DNA of 64,000 nt from an uncultured Holophagales bacterium (GTDB lineage: Bacteria; Acidobacteriota; Thermoanaerobaculia; Multivoradales; UBA5704). The DNA lies in contig CAWJGT010000009.1 of NCBI GenBank assembly GCA_963842525.1, positions 1,472,001-1,536,000 of the forward strand, given 5' to 3'. The position numbers and the translations under genes were made by a program. Shown one piece after another: positions 33,024-43,875 of the stretch; position 1 is the stretch's first letter; every line of letters begins with the position of its first letter. Under the pieces are notes generated by a model that did no database searches, was not told the origin of the DNA, and saw only the letters and a list, made by a program, of their open reading frames with translations.

Positions 33024-34520
33024 TCAGCCGGCCGGCTTCGAATCGGCCTTGGGCTGCCGCAGGTCGGCGCGCAGCAGGTCGAGCTCCTGATAGGGGATGA
33101 CCTCGATCGGACCGTGCTTCTTCTCGAGGTCGGCCCGGAACGCCGAGGCATTACCGGCCAGCACGATCAGCGGCGGGGTGTCCTGAATGCGCCGGCCGGC
33201 GAAGCTCTTCACCTGGTCGGCGGTCACGGCATCGAGCCGGTCCCGATAGCTCTCCAGGTACTCCCGGCCGAGGCCGTACTTCATCGCCTCGAGCACCTTG
33301 GCCGCGATTCCCTCGGCGGTCTCGATCTCCAGGGGGAAGACGCCGGTGAGATAGGTCTTGCGCGTCGCCAGCTCCTCCTGAGGCACGGGCTGCTCCTTCA
33401 GGCCGCGGATGACCGCCAGTACCGTATCCAGCGCCTCTAGAGTGGACTCGGTCTTGGTGAACGTATTGGCCGTGAACGACCCCGGCTGGAGCATGTAGAG
33501 GAACGCGCTGCCGGCGCCGTAGGAGAGCCCGCGCTTGCGGCGGATCTCTTCGTACAGGCGGGCGCTCGCGCCGCCCCCGAGGACCGCGTTGTAGACCTGG
33601 GAGACGAAGTAGTCCGGGTCGGTGTAGGCGAGCCCGATCTGGCCCGTCCGGATCTCGGTCTGGACCGCGTCCGGCTTGTCGATCACCACGATCCGGGGCT
33701 TCCCGGCGGCGGGAGCCTGGATCTTCGGGATCTCGTGCGCCTGTCCCTTGGGCCAGGCGCCGAAGGCGCGCTCGACCTTGGCGAAGGCCTCCGCGGGCTT
33801 GACGTCGCCGACCACCGCGAGGATCGCCTCATTGGGCACGTAGTGCTCGCGGTGGAAGGCGACCAGGTCTTCGCGCGTGAGGCTCTGCACCGAGGCGGGC
33901 GTCCCGGCATCGGGCAGCCCATAGGGGTGATCGCCGAACACCGCGCGGTCGAGGCTGGCGTCGGCGAGATAGCCGGCGTCCTCGACCTGCACGCGCAGGC
34001 CGTTCAGCGTCTGTCCCCGCCAGCGCTCGATCTCGTCGGCCGGGAAGCTGGGGCGGAGGATCACGTCGGAGAGCAGATCCAGCCCGAGGTCGAGCTGGTC
34101 GGAGGTCGTCTGCGCGATGGCGCCGGCTGAATCCCAGCTCCCGTAGGTGGCCAGGTTGCCGCCCACCGCGTCGATGGCCTCCGCGATCTGCTGCGCCGAG
34201 CGGCTCTGGGTACCCTGGCGGAGGAGCTCGGCCGTGGCATTGGCGACGCCCGCCTTGCCGGCCGGGGTGAAGACCTTGCCGGCCAGGATCTGGAGCTGCA
34301 GGCTCACGGTCGGCGTCTCATGGTGCTCGACCACCACGACCCGCAGCCCGTTGGGCAGAGTCTTCTGCTCGAAGGCGGGGAAGTGGATCTTCTTCTCGGG
34401 CTGCGGCGGCGGAGGGGTCTGCTTCGGCTTCGCGGCCGGTTGCTGGGCGCTCGCCGCGGCGGCCGCGGCCCACAGGGACAGCGCCAGCACGGCGCTCCTG
34501 CGCGAAATCTTCGTCTTCAT
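33024..34520 (-). CDS. M16B peptidase, non-catalytic subunit
   Basis: Signal peptide; LPNGLRVVVVE; no HxxEH motif; LGGG..ARLY.EIR.KRGLSYG. Confidence 0.88.
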   Translation of the reverse strand: MKTKISRRSAVLALSLWAAAAAASAQQPAAKPKQTPPPPQPEKKIHFPAFEQKTLPNGLRVVVVEHHETPTVSLQLQILAGKVFTPAGKAGVANATAELLRQGTQSRSAQQIAEAIDAVGGNLATYGSWDSAGAIAQTTSDQLDLGLDLLSDVILRPSFPADEIERWRGQTLNGLRVQVEDAGYLADASLDRAVFGDHPYGLPDAGTPASVQSLTREDLVAFHREHYVPNEAILAVVGDVKPAEAFAKVERAFGAWPKGQAHEIPKIQAPAAGKPRIVVIDKPDAVQTEIRTGQIGLAYTDPDYFVSQVYNAVLGGGASARLYEEIRRKRGLSYGAGSAFLYMLQPGSFTANTFTKTESTLEALDTVLAVIRGLKEQPVPQEELATRKTYLTGVFPLEIETAEGIAAKVLEAMKYGLGREYLESYRDRLDAVTADQVKSFAGRRIQDTPPLIVLAGNASAFRADLEKKHGPIEVIPYQELDLLRADLRQPKADSKPAG

Positions 34521-35911
34521 GGCTTCACCTCGTTCTGGCCGCTCTTCGCCTCACCCCCCTGGGCCGGCCGCATGGCTTCGGGCAGCATGTGGACCACGGT
34601 GCGGTTCTCGGGACGGAAGTACTTCTTCGCCACCGCCTGCACGTCGGCCGCGGTGACCTTCTGGAAGCGCGCGAGCTCGTCGTTGACGAGGCGCCAGTCG
34701 CCCAGGATCACCTCCGCATGGCCGAGCGCGTCCGCCTTGGCGTCGTCGGTCTGGCGTTGGAAGACCAGGTTGGCGATGAGCTGGTTCTTGGCTTTCTCCA
34801 GCTCCGCGCTCGTGACCGGCTCGCTCTTGAGCTTTTCAATGGCCGCTTCCAAAGTCTTCTGCCCCTCCTCGGCGGCGTGCCCCTGCTGCAGGATGGCGAA
34901 GAACCAGAAGACTCCGGGGTCCTCCAGGGTGATCGTCTGGCCGCCGGCCTGCAGGGCCATCTGCTTCTCGTAGACCATCTCGCGATAGAGGCGGGAGCTC
35001 TGGCCGTCGGAGAGGATGCGGCTCGCCACCTCCAGCGCATAGAGGTCGGAATGCCCCTCCTCCGGCACGTGATAGGTGAAGATCACCGCCGGCAGTGGTG
35101 TGCGGGAGTCGTAGTCCACCAGCCGCCGCTCGGCCGTCTGCTCCGGCTCCACCGGGACATCGCGGGGGATGTCCTTTCCCTTCGCAATCGGACCGAAGTA
35201 CTTCTCGACCCACGTCAGGGTTTGGGCGGGATCGAAGTCGCCCGAGATCACCAGGGTGGCGTTGTTCGGCACGTAGTAGACGCGGTGGAACTCGCGCACG
35301 TCCTCGATGGTCGCGGCATTCAAGTCTGCCATGCTGCCGATGGGCAGGATCTTGTAGGGATGCGTGGTGAACGTGTTGTCCAGGACGACCTCGAAAAGGC
35401 GGCCGAACGGCGGATTCTCCACCCGCAGCCTGCGCTCCTCCTTGACCACGTCGCGCTCGGAGAGAAAGTTCGCCTCCGAGACGTCGAGGGTGCGCATGCG
35501 GTCGGCTTCCATCCAGAGCACCCGCTCCAGGTAGTTGCTGGGGAACACCTGGAAATAGAGGGTCCGGTCGAAGTCGGTCGTAGCGTTGTAGCGCCCGCCG
35601 ATCGACGCGAGGAAGTTCTTGTGCTCCTCGGGGCCGACGTTCTCCGAGCCCTTGAACATCAGGTGCTCGAACAGATGGGCGAAGCCGCTCCGCCCCTTGC
35701 GCTCGTCCTTCGAGCCGACGTGATACCAGACCTGGGTCGATACCACTGGAACGGAGTGGTCCTCGTGGAGCAGGACCTTGAGGCCGTTGGTGAGCTGGTG
35801 CTCCTGCGCCTCGATCTTCGGCGGTGCGACCTTGAGCGTGGCCGCCGCGGCGAACGCCGGGAGGGCCAGAGCCAGCCCGAGGGCCAGACAGAAGGTGGTT
35901 CGTTTGGGCAT
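34517..35911 (-). CDS. M16B zinc peptidase, catalytic subunit
   Basis: Signal peptide; WYHVGSKDE; AHLFEHLMFKGS (HxxEH); NATT..DRT.Y; VVKEERR. Confidence 0.92.
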   Translation of the reverse strand: MPKRTTFCLALGLALALPAFAAAATLKVAPPKIEAQEHQLTNGLKVLLHEDHSVPVVSTQVWYHVGSKDERKGRSGFAHLFEHLMFKGSENVGPEEHKNFLASIGGRYNATTDFDRTLYFQVFPSNYLERVLWMEADRMRTLDVSEANFLSERDVVKEERRLRVENPPFGRLFEVVLDNTFTTHPYKILPIGSMADLNAATIEDVREFHRVYYVPNNATLVISGDFDPAQTLTWVEKYFGPIAKGKDIPRDVPVEPEQTAERRLVDYDSRTPLPAVIFTYHVPEEGHSDLYALEVASRILSDGQSSRLYREMVYEKQMALQAGGQTITLEDPGVFWFFAILQQGHAAEEGQKTLEAAIEKLKSEPVTSAELEKAKNQLIANLVFQRQTDDAKADALGHAEVILGDWRLVNDELARFQKVTAADVQAVAKKYFRPENRTVVHMLPEAMRPAQGGEAKSGQNEVKP

Positions 35912-35980
35912 CCCTTCTCCTTTCACAGGGACCACAACACCAGGCGCCAAGTGTACGATTCCTTGCAGAGGAAAGTTTAG

Positions 35981-37237
35981 ATGAACCTTCAGAAAATACG
36001 CAACCTCCTTCGACCGGCGTTTCTCGTCCCGCTCATGGTGCTCCTCGCGGCCCCCCTCGCCGCCAAGGAGCCGTCCCTCCATCTCGCGATCGGCGATCCG
36101 GCCCGCAAGGACCGGGAGGTGCCGGTGGTCCTCGACGGGATCACCGACGCCCGCACCGGCGACCTGCTGGGGCCTGGGGACCTGCCCGCGCGGCTGGCGG
36201 ACGTCCGGCTGCTCCTGGTGGGCGAGAGCCATACCGACGCCGACTTCCATCAGGTCCAGCTCCGCGTGCTGGAGGAGCTCCAGCGGGCCGGACGGCCGGT
36301 TCTGATCGGCCTCGAGATGTACCCCTACACCGAGCAGCCGTCCCTCGACCAGTGGATCGACGGCCTGCTGACCGAGCACGGCTTCGTCCGGCTCTCGCGC
36401 TGGTACAAGAGCTGGGGCTACAACTGGGGCTACTACCGCGACATCTTCCTCTTCGCCCGCGACCACGGCATCCGGATGTTCGCCGTCAACGCGCCGCGGG
36501 AGATCGTCACGGCGGTGCGCGAGAAGGGCATCGACCATCTGAGCCCCGAGGGGGCGGCCCACCTGCCGCGCCAGATCGACACATCGAGCACCGAGCACCG
36601 CGCCCTGATCCGCTCCTTCTTCGGCGCCGACGATCCGCTCCACGGCGGCATGACCCCCGAGCAGTCCGACGCCATGTACGCGGCCCAGTGCACCTGGGAC
36701 GCCACCATGGGGCACAACGCGGTGAAGGCTCTGCGCGAGCACGGCAGCCCCGGCGCGGTGATGGTGGTGCTCGTCGGCTCCGGCCACGTGGCCTACGGCC
36801 TGGGCATCCAGCGCCAGGTAGCCGCCGGCTTCGAGAAGGAATTCGGCGGGCGGATCGCGTCCCTGATCCCGGTCACGGTGCGCGACGACGACGGCGATCC
36901 GGTGGACACCGTCCGCGCCTCCTATGCCGACTTCGTCTGGGGCCTACCCCCGGAGTCCGATCCGGTCTGGCCCGGGCTGGGCTTGTCGACCGGCAGCGGA
37001 GAAGGGGAGAAGGCGCGCAAAGTCCTCTTCGTGACCAAGGGCACGCCGGCCGCACAGGCCGGCTTCGAGGCCGGCGACCTCCTGCTGACGATCGACGGCG
37101 CGCCCATCCCGGACAAGGAGGCCTTCAACCGGGCCCTGGCCGGCAAGCGCTGGGGGGACTCCGCTGTGTTCACCATCAAGCGGGGGGAGGAGACGCGGAC
37201 GCTGACGGTTGCGTTCCGCAGACAGCGCAGCGGGTAA
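35981..37237 (+). CDS. ChaN/PhuW-family (heme-binding-like) protein with C-terminal PDZ
   Basis: Motifs VGESH....H..QL, IGLEM, AQCTWDATM and GSGHV.YGLGI; PDZ motif PA..AG...GD.LL.IDG. Confidence 0.82.
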   Translation: MNLQKIRNLLRPAFLVPLMVLLAAPLAAKEPSLHLAIGDPARKDREVPVVLDGITDARTGDLLGPGDLPARLADVRLLLVGESHTDADFHQVQLRVLEELQRAGRPVLIGLEMYPYTEQPSLDQWIDGLLTEHGFVRLSRWYKSWGYNWGYYRDIFLFARDHGIRMFAVNAPREIVTAVREKGIDHLSPEGAAHLPRQIDTSSTEHRALIRSFFGADDPLHGGMTPEQSDAMYAAQCTWDATMGHNAVKALREHGSPGAVMVVLVGSGHVAYGLGIQRQVAAGFEKEFGGRIASLIPVTVRDDDGDPVDTVRASYADFVWGLPPESDPVWPGLGLSTGSGEGEKARKVLFVTKGTPAAQAGFEAGDLLLTIDGAPIPDKEAFNRALAGKRWGDSAVFTIKRGEETRTLTVAFRRQRSG

Positions 37238-37250
37238 AATGGTGCTCCAG

Positions 37251-37333
37251 GCCGGAGTGGCGAAATGGCAGACGCAGGAGACTTAAAATCTTCCGCCCTT
37301 ACGGGCATGCGGGTTCGAGTCCCGCCTCCGGCA
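37251..37333 (+). tRNA. tRNA-Leu(TAA)
   Basis: Acceptor GCCGGAG/CTCCGGC-A; anticodon arm GGAGA-CTTAAAA-TCTTC; long variable arm; GGTTCGAGTCC; CCA not encoded (ATCA). Confidence 0.95.
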
Positions 37334-37447
37334 TCACAGTAAAGATCTATAGAATCAGTAGCTTAGAAGGATTGTCTGTGTTGGGCCTTCCCTCGGCAGG
37401 GGCCGCTCGTGTACCATTTTTGTACCAGTGCCTGAGGGAGGATCTGC

Positions 37448-38554
37448 ATGGCGACGATTCGGAAGCGCAAGGGCAAGAACGGACGGATGACTTACGTAGC
37501 ACAAATCAGACTGGCGGGGAGACCCAGCATTGCCAAGACCTTCGAGCGCTTGACCGACGCCAGGGAGTGGGCTGCCAAGGCAGAGACTGAGATGCGGCGG
37601 AACCGCGTGCTCGGTGGACGCCGGACAGTGGCCCAAGCCATCGATCACTATCGCGCTCAGCAGATTGGGACCCTTTCACCGGCCCACATCGTCCACCGAG
37701 AACGCCAAGTCGCTTGGTGGAAGGAACGGGTTGGACGGGTCCTTCTCGAAGATATCGGCCCGAGCCACGTCAACGAGCACCTTCGAACTCTTGAGGGTCG
37801 CAAGGTGGCGACGCGGAATCGCTATCGCGCGGCTATCTCGGCAGTGCTCTCCTTTGTGGTGGAGGAGGAGTGGCTAAGCGCGAACCCTCTTCACGGGCGC
37901 CGTCGGCGACACCGCTCCCTCGGAGAGCGGGAAGAGGAGAGAGACCGTGAGGTGACTCCGCAGGAATGGGAGCGTCTCCAAGATGCGTGCCGGCGCTGCA
38001 GGGACCCAAGGCTCTACGCGCTCGTCTTGTGTGCTCATGCAAGCGGGGCTCGGCAGGGTGAGCTGCTGGGGATGGAGTGGCGGAGGCTTGAGCTTAAGCC
38101 TTGGGTTTTAGACCCTGAGACTGGGAACCGTCGTCAGGGTGTTCCCCGTTGCGAGGTGATGGCTACGAAGAACGGCACGAGCCGAATCTTGTACTTCCCG
38201 GGCGAGGCGGGGGAGCTTCTTGGCGCGATGCGAGCAAAGGCAGTGCTGTCGCGTTACGTCTTCGCTCGTCCAGGAGATGCCGCGAATCTTGAACCTAGGT
38301 TTCCGGGGTTTCCGGATCACGCCTGGCGGCACTGGCGGGACAAAGCCGGACTTTCTGATGTCCGGTTCCATGATTTGAGGCATACCTGGGCCTGCGAGAT
38401 GTTAGACAGCGGGGCTACCTTGGCCCAGCTGATGATTCTGGGGGGCTGGAAGACGGCGAGCATGGTTCGCAGGTATGCAGCACGGGCGCAGAGGCACGGG
38501 TCAGACGCGGTAGAAGTGCGGCATGCAAGAATGCAGGGAGGTCGGCTCGTTTAA
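37448..38554 (+). CDS. Tyrosine recombinase/integrase
   Basis: GGAGG RBS; catalytic residues in SGARQGE, TKNG, FHDLRH, LGGW and RRYA. Confidence 0.92.
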   Translation: MATIRKRKGKNGRMTYVAQIRLAGRPSIAKTFERLTDAREWAAKAETEMRRNRVLGGRRTVAQAIDHYRAQQIGTLSPAHIVHRERQVAWWKERVGRVLLEDIGPSHVNEHLRTLEGRKVATRNRYRAAISAVLSFVVEEEWLSANPLHGRRRRHRSLGEREEERDREVTPQEWERLQDACRRCRDPRLYALVLCAHASGARQGELLGMEWRRLELKPWVLDPETGNRRQGVPRCEVMATKNGTSRILYFPGEAGELLGAMRAKAVLSRYVFARPGDAANLEPRFPGFPDHAWRHWRDKAGLSDVRFHDLRHTWACEMLDSGATLAQLMILGGWKTASMVRRYAARAQRHGSDAVEVRHARMQGGRLV

Positions 38555-38557
38555 TGT

Positions 38558-38852
38558 TCACCGGCTGACATGACGTCGGTCGGGCGGTGCTGTATCTCGT
38601 AGCCAGCGCAGGAAGGGCTTCTCGTAAAGATACAGTCGGCGCCCCTTGGTCACCACGGCGCCGCATTGCTCGAGTCCATTTGAGGCACGGTGAAAGAGCC
38701 AATCGCGCACTGTCCCGGGCTTGAACCCGTGACGCGTACACATCTTGGCTGGTGTTAGAGGGGTCTCGACGGGTTCCAGCTTTTCAAGGCGCTCTCTAAG
38801 ATCCGCGATCTCCCGCTCCTGAATCTCCACACGCTTTACCAGCTCATTAATT
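38558..38852 (-). CDS. Small HTH/excisionase-like protein, 5' region hit by IS701
   Basis: LTPAKMCTRHGFKPGTVRDWLF...GRRLYL...FLRWL; convergent with the integrase; the open frame extends to the IS end. Confidence 0.6.
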
Positions 38853-40692
38853 CTACTTTGTCAGACTGTGGGGTAGCGGGTAGGAGCCCGTCAAGATCGG
38901 TCCAGCCGTCCCGTCGCGTCCGCTCTTCCATGGCTCATCCGGCGGTCTTAAGGTCTTGATTCCAGACACCTCGGCGGTGTAGAGTTCCGGCAAGGCGCCA
39001 TTGTGGCGCCGCCGGAAGATACCGAGATGCCAAACTCCCCACCTGAAGGGACGTAAGTCCAAGGAGAAAGCCGATGCCCCAACCCCACTTGAAGACATGG
39101 GGCAACGGTTCCAGAGCTTTACAGAGCGCTACGAGGGTCACTTTCAGCGCTGGATGCGCTCTGTTGTCCGTCAGGCCCAGAATTATCTACAGGGCTTGAT
39201 GCAGGCCAGCCGCAAAAACATGGAGCGCATGGAGGAAGTCGTGCCGGATTGCGACTATCAGTCGCTCCAGCACTTTGTCTCTGTTTCAGAGTGGGATTTT
39301 CGTGCGGTGCTGGACCAGGTGGCGGTGGAAGCGGACCGCCATCTTGGCGGGTCTGAAGACTCCTGTCTGATCCTTGACGAGAGCTCCTTCGAGAAAAAGG
39401 GAGAGATGTCCGTGGGTGTGGCGCGGCAATAGTCAGGCCGCCTGGGGAAGGTGGAGAACTGTCAAGTGGCGGTCTTTGCCGCCTTGTCTGAAGGGCTGCA
39501 TGCGATCTTGATCGACACCCGCTTGTACCTTCCCGAAGCATGGATTCGGGATCAAGAGAGATGCCGGGCGGCCGGCATTCCCGAGTCCGAGATGGTTTTG
39601 AAAAGCAAGACAGACCTGGCCTTCGAGATCGTTGTGCATGCTCACGACAACGGTGTACGTTTCAGTTGGGTGTGTGTCGATGGTGGGTATGGCAAGGAGC
39701 CTGGCTTTCTGCGCCGTTTGGAGAATCACGGGGAGGTGTTTGTCGCCGAAGTCCACAGAGATCAGCGGATCTACGTAGAAGATCCCGACCCCCGCGTACC
39801 CGAGCCGAAGCCGCGCGGCAAGAAGCCGACGCAGTTGCAGGCACAGAGTGCGAGCCAGCGCGTGGATGAATGGGTGAAAGCTCAACCCGCCGAGTCCTGG
39901 CAGCCGGTGACGGTTCGTCCGGGTAGCCAAGGGGAGTTGCGGGTGGAGGCGTTGCATGCGCGCGTGTGGCTGTGGGACGGCAGTGAAGAGAAGGGCCACT
40001 TGTGGCATGTTGTGGCGACGCGGGAGGTGGGTTCGCCAGAAACGATCAAGTACGCGCTGAGCAACGCCCCTGCGGAGACCTCTGTGGAGCGGTTGGTGCA
40101 GATGCAGCGGCGGCGTTTTTGGATCGAGCGTTGCTTCGAGGACGGCAAGAGCGAGTGTGGAATGGCAGACTACCAGGTGCGTGGTTGGCTCGCCTGGCAC
40201 CATCATATGGCGTTGGTGATGATGGCGATGCTTTTTATGTTGGAGGAGAAGCTCGCACAAAAGAAAAGCTACCCGCTGTTGAGCTGTTCTGACATCGAGG
40301 TCTTGTTGGCTCACTTTTTGCCGCGGCGTGACACTACGGTTGCGGAGGTGGTTCGTCAGATGGAGGCTCGGCACAGGGCACGCCAAAACGCCATTGAATC
40401 AGCCTATCGACGACAACAACGTGCTGATGAATTGGAAGCGATCACCCGGCGCCTGAACGGCCAGTAGAGACCGAAGACGGACTGCGGTCATCGAGGCGGA
40501 GGTGAAGCTTCTCACCTCCGGGTGTAATCCTCTTTGTCTCCGGCAGACCTAAAGAGGCGCTTCTGGGTAACCCGGTACGCCGAAAGGTATGGTTGGAGGT
40601 GGTGGAGCGCGGGCATCGCGGCCGGGTTATGCCGAACTTCCGCTGCCACCCTTCAGGCTGCGCTTATACCCGCACTCAGTCTGACAAAGTAG
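38853..40692 (+). mobile_element. IS701-family insertion sequence
   Basis: Perfect 16-bp terminal inverted repeats CTACTTTGTCAGACTG / CAGTCTGACAAAGTAG, with AATT on both flanks. Confidence 0.92.
39097..40467 (+). pseudogene. IS701 transposase with in-frame TAG at 39430-39432
   Basis: RKNMERM, LQHF...W, LILDESSFEKKG..SVGVARQ*SGRLGKVENCQ, DGGYG and RFWIERCFEDGK...G.ADYQVR.W..WHHH. Confidence 0.88.
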
Positions 40693-40963
40693 AATTAGGA
40701 ATCGGATTCGGCTGCACCTTGGTTGTCCTCGCCCTGCATGGGATCCGTGTGTTGGGAGGTCATCTCATCGATATTGCCCTTCCTCTCGGTACTCGCGTTG
40801 CCCCTTCTATCTCGGATGTCTGGGAGACCCTGGTTTACGGGGTCCGGCTCTTCGAAACTATCGTATTCGAGACGCTACTCATATTACCCATTGTCGGAAT
40901 AATCGTGCTGCCCCGATTCCTGCGCCGCCGCCTGGGCCGCCGGCTCCGGTCGGGAGGACGGCC

Positions 40964-42230
40964 ATGGGCGCACTGCTCTCGAGAGCCGACCGGATTGCTC
41001 GCGGAGTCCTGCTTCATTACACCGATCTGCCGAAACTGGTGGGGCCGGAGTGGCCTCGGCTGTATTGGTCTCTTCTCGACCGCCTCGACGAGTTCCACGC
41101 CGCCACCGACGAGGACTCCCGAGAGCGGATCACTCTCGCCTTGCTGGACTTACTGCTGCAGCGTCCCCTTTTCGACAGAGAGCTGGCTCACCGTTGGCCT
41201 CACCGTACCTCGATGGCGAGCCATCGCGAGGCCCGGTCGACCGTTTTCAGGCCAGTGCCCTTATCGAGCTTCTAGATCGCCTGCTTCGGCCCTCCCGCTT
41301 CCGCGGCTAGGTCGAGCTGACTCATCCCCAGGTGATCCGTATCGGAACCCGGGCTCTTGTATCGCTCGCCTTCCTGCCTGCGGGGGCAGTGGAAGGTGCG
41401 GCTGGCGCCTTGGAGCTGAAGGAGACGATTCCGGTTCAGGTGCGGGCGTGGGGCGAAGGTGTTTTCCTGTACTCCGGGCGAACAGCTCATTCACCTAGAC
41501 CGGAGTTCTCTGCCACGCCAACTGACCTATGAGATCACGGGTCTCACTCCCTGCCCGGGGCTTCTCGTCATTGAGATCCGGCAGGAGAGACGATTGCTCA
41601 AGGTCCTCCATGGCCGTATCCATATCGAGGAGAATCCTGCTGTCAAAAGCCCTCCACCGACGGCTTTCAGCCGCGACCCTGAGGCATAAAACTGCCGCCC
41701 GACTACCGCCGCAGTTTTATCAGAGGATCTCAGGGGTCCGGTCGATTCCCCTTCGAAGCAGGGGGGCGGGCAGCACCCGTCCCGACGCTCTCATTCATTT
41801 CGACCTGTCGGAGAGTGGACGTTTTCGGATCTCTCTGGAGTTCGACAACTCCCGTGGATTGGCGACTCAGGCAAAACGCCGCCTGGAGTCCGATCCAATC
41901 GTCTACTGGCGCAGCCTGCGGGCCGAGTTGGAACGACTCCCGACCGGCGATCCCCTCCGTGAACTCGAGCGGATCAGTGGGCGCCTCTACCAGGAAGGGT
42001 GGCCAGCCGCACTCATCCCCGCCATGGAGGAGTTACTTGCCAGCGACGCCCGAACCGTTCAAGTGTGCTTCTCGCATCGGTGGCTGATCCCCTGGGAGCT
42101 CCTCCGCCCCTACGGCCTATCAGCAGCTCCACGGTCCAGGAAAGCTTTCTCTGCGAGCGCTTCGACATGGCCCTCTGGCACTTTTCGGAGACGGCCATTC
42201 GGCCCTCCGTGCGTCTCGTCTCGCGGGCTC
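40964..42230 (+). pseudogene. Degraded CHAT (caspase-like)-associated protein
   Basis: Several frames carry protein-like segments ending in LERISGRLY...WLIPWELL...FLCERF, typical of the region preceding the CHAT core. It has stops and frameshifts, and the catalytic part is absent. Confidence 0.5.
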
Positions 42231-42269
42231 CGGAGGTTGCGGCCGGGTGCAGGGACGGTGCCCGTGATC

Positions 42270-42470
42270 CTGGAGGTGCGGCGGGGGTGGATCTGCTGCT
42301 CCTGGGGAGCCGTGTCGAGGCTGAGGTACGGCTGACCGGCGAGCTCGCCGGGATCGTGATCCCCGCTTTGGCGCTGGTAGACGACCACGGGGGCGAGGTG
42401 GCCTATGTCCAGCTCGGCGGGGAGAGCTTCGACCGGGAGGTCCAGGTCGAGGCCCGCCAGGGAACCGCTA
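42270..42470 (+). pseudogene. Fragment of RND efflux periplasmic adaptor C-terminus
   Basis: GIVIPALALVDDHGGEVAYVQLGGESFDREVQVEARQG. Confidence 0.4.
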
Positions 42471-42829
42471 GCGCAGGTGCGGGGCATCACGCCCGTCGAC
42501 GAATTAGCAGCGCAGGCGGCTACCATAGCTCGATTCTTCCGGTGCGGTACGCGGCGGCCCCGGCTTCGGAGAGTCCGGGCTTGTTCCTCGTACTCCACGG
42601 CTGCCTCGTGGTTCTTTTGCCTGCGAGCCTCTCTTGCCGCCTGGGACCATTCTGAGGCGCGACTCTCGAGAGCGCGGTGTCGAGTCCCGCGTAATTCCGT
42701 GGCCACCTTTTCGAAATATTTCGTGGCGGACAGAAGGGGGAAGAGAGCAGTCCCGGATTGGGCCGGGTGGCGGTGGAATCCGGGACTGTTTTTGACCGAA
42801 GGGGCCGAGTTTTCAGCAGTTGCTTTGAT

Positions 42830-43072
42830 TCATTCTGGTCTTCGCGCCCAGGAGTTGGCAATCCAGCGCCGCAGGCCGACACGGACGTTCTTGAAACGGG
42901 CGGCCGGCCGGTTGTTGTGATACCACCTGAAGGTCTTGGTCTCCTCGAGAATGTTGAGATCCTGGAAGTCTGCGATCAGCTCGTCGACAAACTCTTCGTC
43001 GAGCTTGCGATCGAACGGGTACTCGGGGACCTGGTTTTGCAGGTAGTCGAGGATGGGTTCGGGTGTGTTCAT
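42830..43072 (-). CDS. Small hypothetical protein (80 aa), last gene of the transposon
   Basis: ATGA overlap with the ATPase stop; GAGGAG RBS. Confidence 0.75.
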   Translation of the reverse strand: MNTPEPILDYLQNQVPEYPFDRKLDEEFVDELIADFQDLNILEETKTFRWYHNNRPAARFKNVRVGLRRWIANSWARRPE

Positions 43073-43875
43073 GAGCGCATCTCCTCGGCGGCTTGCAGGA
43101 CGTGCTCGGGCTCGACGAGCTTGGCTCTGGAAGTGGCTGCGGCGGCCAGGGCGTGGTGGGCCAGGGTGTCGATTCTGCGCATGATGCCCTGGGAGGCTTC
43201 AAAGAGGGCTTCCTGGGCGGGGGCGGTGAAGAGGGGTCGATCCAGGCCGGCGATCTTGAGGCGATGTTCGAGGTAGCAGCAGGTGGTGTCTCGGTCGAAG
43301 CCGCGCAGGGTGAAGCGGATGGTGATGCGCTGAGCGAGGGCCTCCAGATGCGACAGGCGCAGGATCTGTCGCAATCCGGATTGACCGGCCAGGAGAAAGG
43401 CAAGCCGTCCTTCTGCGTCCCATTCAAAGTTGGCGAGCAGGGGGAAGAGGGCGAGGACGTCGGGCCTGAGGTTGTGGGCTTCGTCGACGATGAGCAGGAC
43501 GGTTATGTGGCGGTCTTTGACGAGGCGTTGGATCTCTTGCTGGACGAGGCGGAAGGTCATGGCGCGAGACCATTCGGGCTGGAGGCCGAGTGCAAGGGCG
43601 AGTTGGCGGCAGAAGTCGGCGGGGTTGACCAGGGTGTCGTGCAGGTACACAGCGCGCACCTGGTCGGGGTGGAGATCGTCGCGCAGTCGCCTCAGGGCGG
43701 TGGTTTTGCCGCTGCCCGGCTCGCCGGTGAGCAGGCCGATGGCCCTGGAGTCGACCAGGTAGCGCAGACGGCTGTGGAGCTCTTCGAGCCCCTGAGGCCG
43801 AAACAGAGAGTCGGCGGTGAGGGGGCCGTGGAAGGGCGGCCGGGTGAAGCCGAAGGCGGTGGTATAGAGGTTCAC
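43069..43875 (-). CDS. ExeA/TnsC-like AAA+ ATPase of the transposon
   Basis: Y...FGF...PF; Walker A GEPGSGKT; Walker B IVDEAHNL; LAGQ; SQGIMRRID; GTGA overlap with the transposase. Confidence 0.9.
   Translation of the reverse strand: MNLYTTAFGFTRPPFHGPLTADSLFRPQGLEELHSRLRYLVDSRAIGLLTGEPGSGKTTALRRLRDDLHPDQVRAVYLHDTLVNPADFCRQLALALGLQPEWSRAMTFRLVQQEIQRLVKDRHITVLLIVDEAHNLRPDVLALFPLLANFEWDAEGRLAFLLAGQSGLRQILRLSHLEALAQRITIRFTLRGFDRDTTCCYLEHRLKIAGLDRPLFTAPAQEALFEASQGIMRRIDTLAHHALAAAATSRAKLVEPEHVLQAAEEMRS

Noticed and set aside
39430-39432. Amber read-through or pyrrolysine in the IS701 transposase
   Set aside because: The TAG replaces a conserved aromatic codon by a single substitution; other genes use TAG as stop; no pyl genes seen.
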